The notes under the pieces are model-generated. The model ran no database searches. It had not been told where the DNA came from and worked only from the letters and a program-made list of their open reading frames with translations. Position numbers and translations under genes: made by a program. Positions 62,130 through 64,000 of a stretch of DNA of 64,000 bases are shown piece by piece. The stretch spans positions 62,001 through 126,000 of the forward strand of contig MCFE01000095.1 in the NCBI GenBank assembly GCA_002104905.1, in the 5' to 3' direction. The DNA is from Basidiobolus meristosporus CBS 931.73. Lineage: Eukaryota > Fungi > Basidiobolomycota. How positions within the stretch are numbered: position 1 is the stretch's first letter; each line of letters begins with the position of its first letter.

Positions 62130-64000
62130 ATGGAACGGAAAGACACCAATGCTTAAAGAACTAATAGGTGAGCTATCCATTCATTACAACGTGCATCAGT
62201 GTAGTTATATATGACGAAATAAAACCTGATCGCATGATGTTTCTATCACTAGAAAGCCTGCTTGCTCCAGATCGGGCCATGAATGGGTTGGTAATAATAT
62301 CCACGGCTTATTCAGTTGCCCACCAAGGGGTTGACATATCCTTAGGGATGTGCTGTGTAAGCAAACCCAGAGGTTTGCGTACAATTCGGTCATGAATCCA
62401 TAGAAGTCAGACTCCAGGAAACCAGTTTCGAGCAGGCTATGCCTAACAGCGATACCATGTATACACTCTGCAACTATGGGATGAGGGATGAGGGATGACA
62501 GAAGAAGAATGCCGCCCATCCCTTTAGCAGAACCGCTCTGGGGGCGAATCGGTGACGAAACGTAGGCCAACAATCCACCATACGAATCATGGAGATTACC
62601 CAACCGTTACGTAAGCAGGGGAAAGGAGCTTGACGAGAGCAGGACGTGTCATGAGGTGGCCGGGAACTGGTGGTGGAAGCAACCAGTAATTTAGGTGAAA
62701 CGGCATTGAGAACCATCGTGCCACCCTGACCGAACAAACCGGATTCGAGGTGGATCTGAGTTGCCGGAATCCCACACCTGACGTCGCGAAATTGGGCCGG
62801 CAGGGGAGAAGCGTTACTGATGCCCACCGAATCGGGAGTCCCCTACTTTAGATCCTATATCTCGGGGCTAAGGCCGGTGGTCGTCCAAGACGTAGTTGGG
62901 TGCCTGAACGGTTCATGGAGGATGTTGATTCGAGCAAGGAGATACAAATTCGGGGAACCTAACACGATTCCATTCCACCATGCAACCCATGGGCGCCCAC
63001 CTGGATGACGTCAAGGGGCTGGCGTAATGGGTAACTGGGTAGGATAGTGATCTCAAACGTCTTGCATCATCTGGATCATTCAAGTATGGCCGCAAGGTTC
63101 CTAATGAAGAGGAGGCAGGCACATGCATCAGGGGAAAGCGCTGTTATCTGACGAAATAGGTTTCGGGACATCCCCTTGGCAATCAATTCGATCAGATATG
63201 CTACAGCATCCAACCATGGCTAGGCGATCAGCAATGAACCTAGGCGACTTCAAGGGTGAGCACAAGGAACCTCGACAGCGCATCCTCCAACCACGATCAG
63301 CCAGGATGGAGTCCACTCGGCTAAACCAGTGGATCTATGTGCCTGGCGAAAGATGCAGAACAGGCTCCGTATCCCGAGTCATTGGCTACGGGGACGAAAG
63401 CGGCCACTGTCGCGCGCACTCCAGAGAACCACGCCGTATTGAGCCTCCCACCGGGGCCGATTGCTCTGAGCTGGCTGAGATTTGAAGTCAGATTTGGTAG
63501 CTAGGGTAGATAATTCAGCGAGATAATCGCCCGAGATAAATTGGATGATGCGATGCAATCACGGGTTCGTATATGGGAATTCCTATTCCCTCCTGATCTT
63601 AATATGGGGTTCATCTTACTTGTTGGAGGGGAACGATCAGTAAGCTACCCTGTCAACCAACAACTGAGCACCTTCGGGACGATTGTGATACATTGGATCC
63701 ATCATGAGGCTCCATGCGTAACACAATCTCTCGACTCCCCACAGTCGCTGGCAGAGGGATGAGGGTAGAGGAATCCGGTCGGTGCGACGTGGATGTATTG
63801 AGACGGCTCGTGGCACATCTCTGCGCAATGAGGCACCAATTTCCACCGCAAGCCCATGTCAAGGGGTTGAAAATTCCTTCCTTTATCCAGGTCTGATTCC
63901 GGCAAATCTAGATAGGTCCACTTATATCCGAACCCGCCTTGATCCGGATCACAGTGTACCGGATTCCTCAATCACTGAACGTTGCCTCAGTGTACTCATG
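62130..64000. other. CpG-rich, apparently non-coding sequence (repeat Z, less decayed copy), runs off the window
   Basis: Roughly balanced GC with abundant CpG; stops of mixed types in all six frames; homologous to 21090-21750. Confidence 0.55.

Noticed and set aside
62860-62930. GGRPRRSW in one plus frame, like the C-terminus of RTE-clade LINE proteins
   Set aside because: Short motif bounded by stops, with no upstream RT motifs; compatible with chance
63083-63097. AGTATGGCCGCAAGG resembles a conserved SSU rRNA segment
   Set aside because: Flanks do not continue the rRNA consensus (no CTGAAACTTAAAGG) and no other rRNA landmarks are in order
62200-63400. Possible hammerhead ribozyme (several GACGAAA, one CTGACGA)
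   Set aside because: No CUGANGA followed by stem II and GAAA in the right order and spacing on either strand
63761-63809. Group II intron domain V/VI look-alike on minus (GAGCCG...GCAC..CCGGATTC then CTCTACCCT)
   Set aside because: Upper stem cannot pair, spacing is too long, there is no domain VI hairpin and no intron RT nearby
1-64000. Host protein-coding genes, tRNAs or rRNAs among the short track ORFs
   Set aside because: Interpretable ORFs are TE fragments or their antisense shadows; the rest are short with no recognisable motifs; no cloverleaf or rRNA signature seen

Overview
Eukaryotic, transposon-saturated window with no recognisable host gene, tRNA or rRNA. It is probably heterochromatin of a large-genome, CpG-methylating fungus (inference). 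It is a stack of nested, mostly dead elements. (1) Ty1/copia: family A has one near-complete copy (33590-38274, TSD GTAGT); family C has decayed or rearranged copies and solo LTRs. (2) Ty3/gypsy: family B has an old full-length copy (13397-18340) and many solo LTRs; a separate young copy (54259-61031, minus strand, TSD AATTG) carries an unexplained extra ORF between pol and the 3' LTR. (3) Three copies of a CMC/EnSpm (CACTA-like) DNA transposon whose Tnp2-type transposase is head-to-head with a second long ORF; two copies form a ~19 kb inverted pair. (4) Two 1.07 kb solo LTRs with 4-bp TSDs, a 211 bp MITE, and three unclassified repeats (here called W, Y, Z). Old repeats have almost no CpG. 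The young gypsy and the last ~1.9 kb keep CpG, and every premature stop in the young gypsy is TGA, consistent with CGA>TGA decay. Best leads: gypsy ORF3, the CpG-rich non-coding repeat Z at 62-64 kb, the divergent transposase/ORF2 CMC architecture, and a 195 bp templated insertion copied from 15.5 kb away. Family names are my labels. Coordinates of decayed fragments are approximate and identities were counted by eye.
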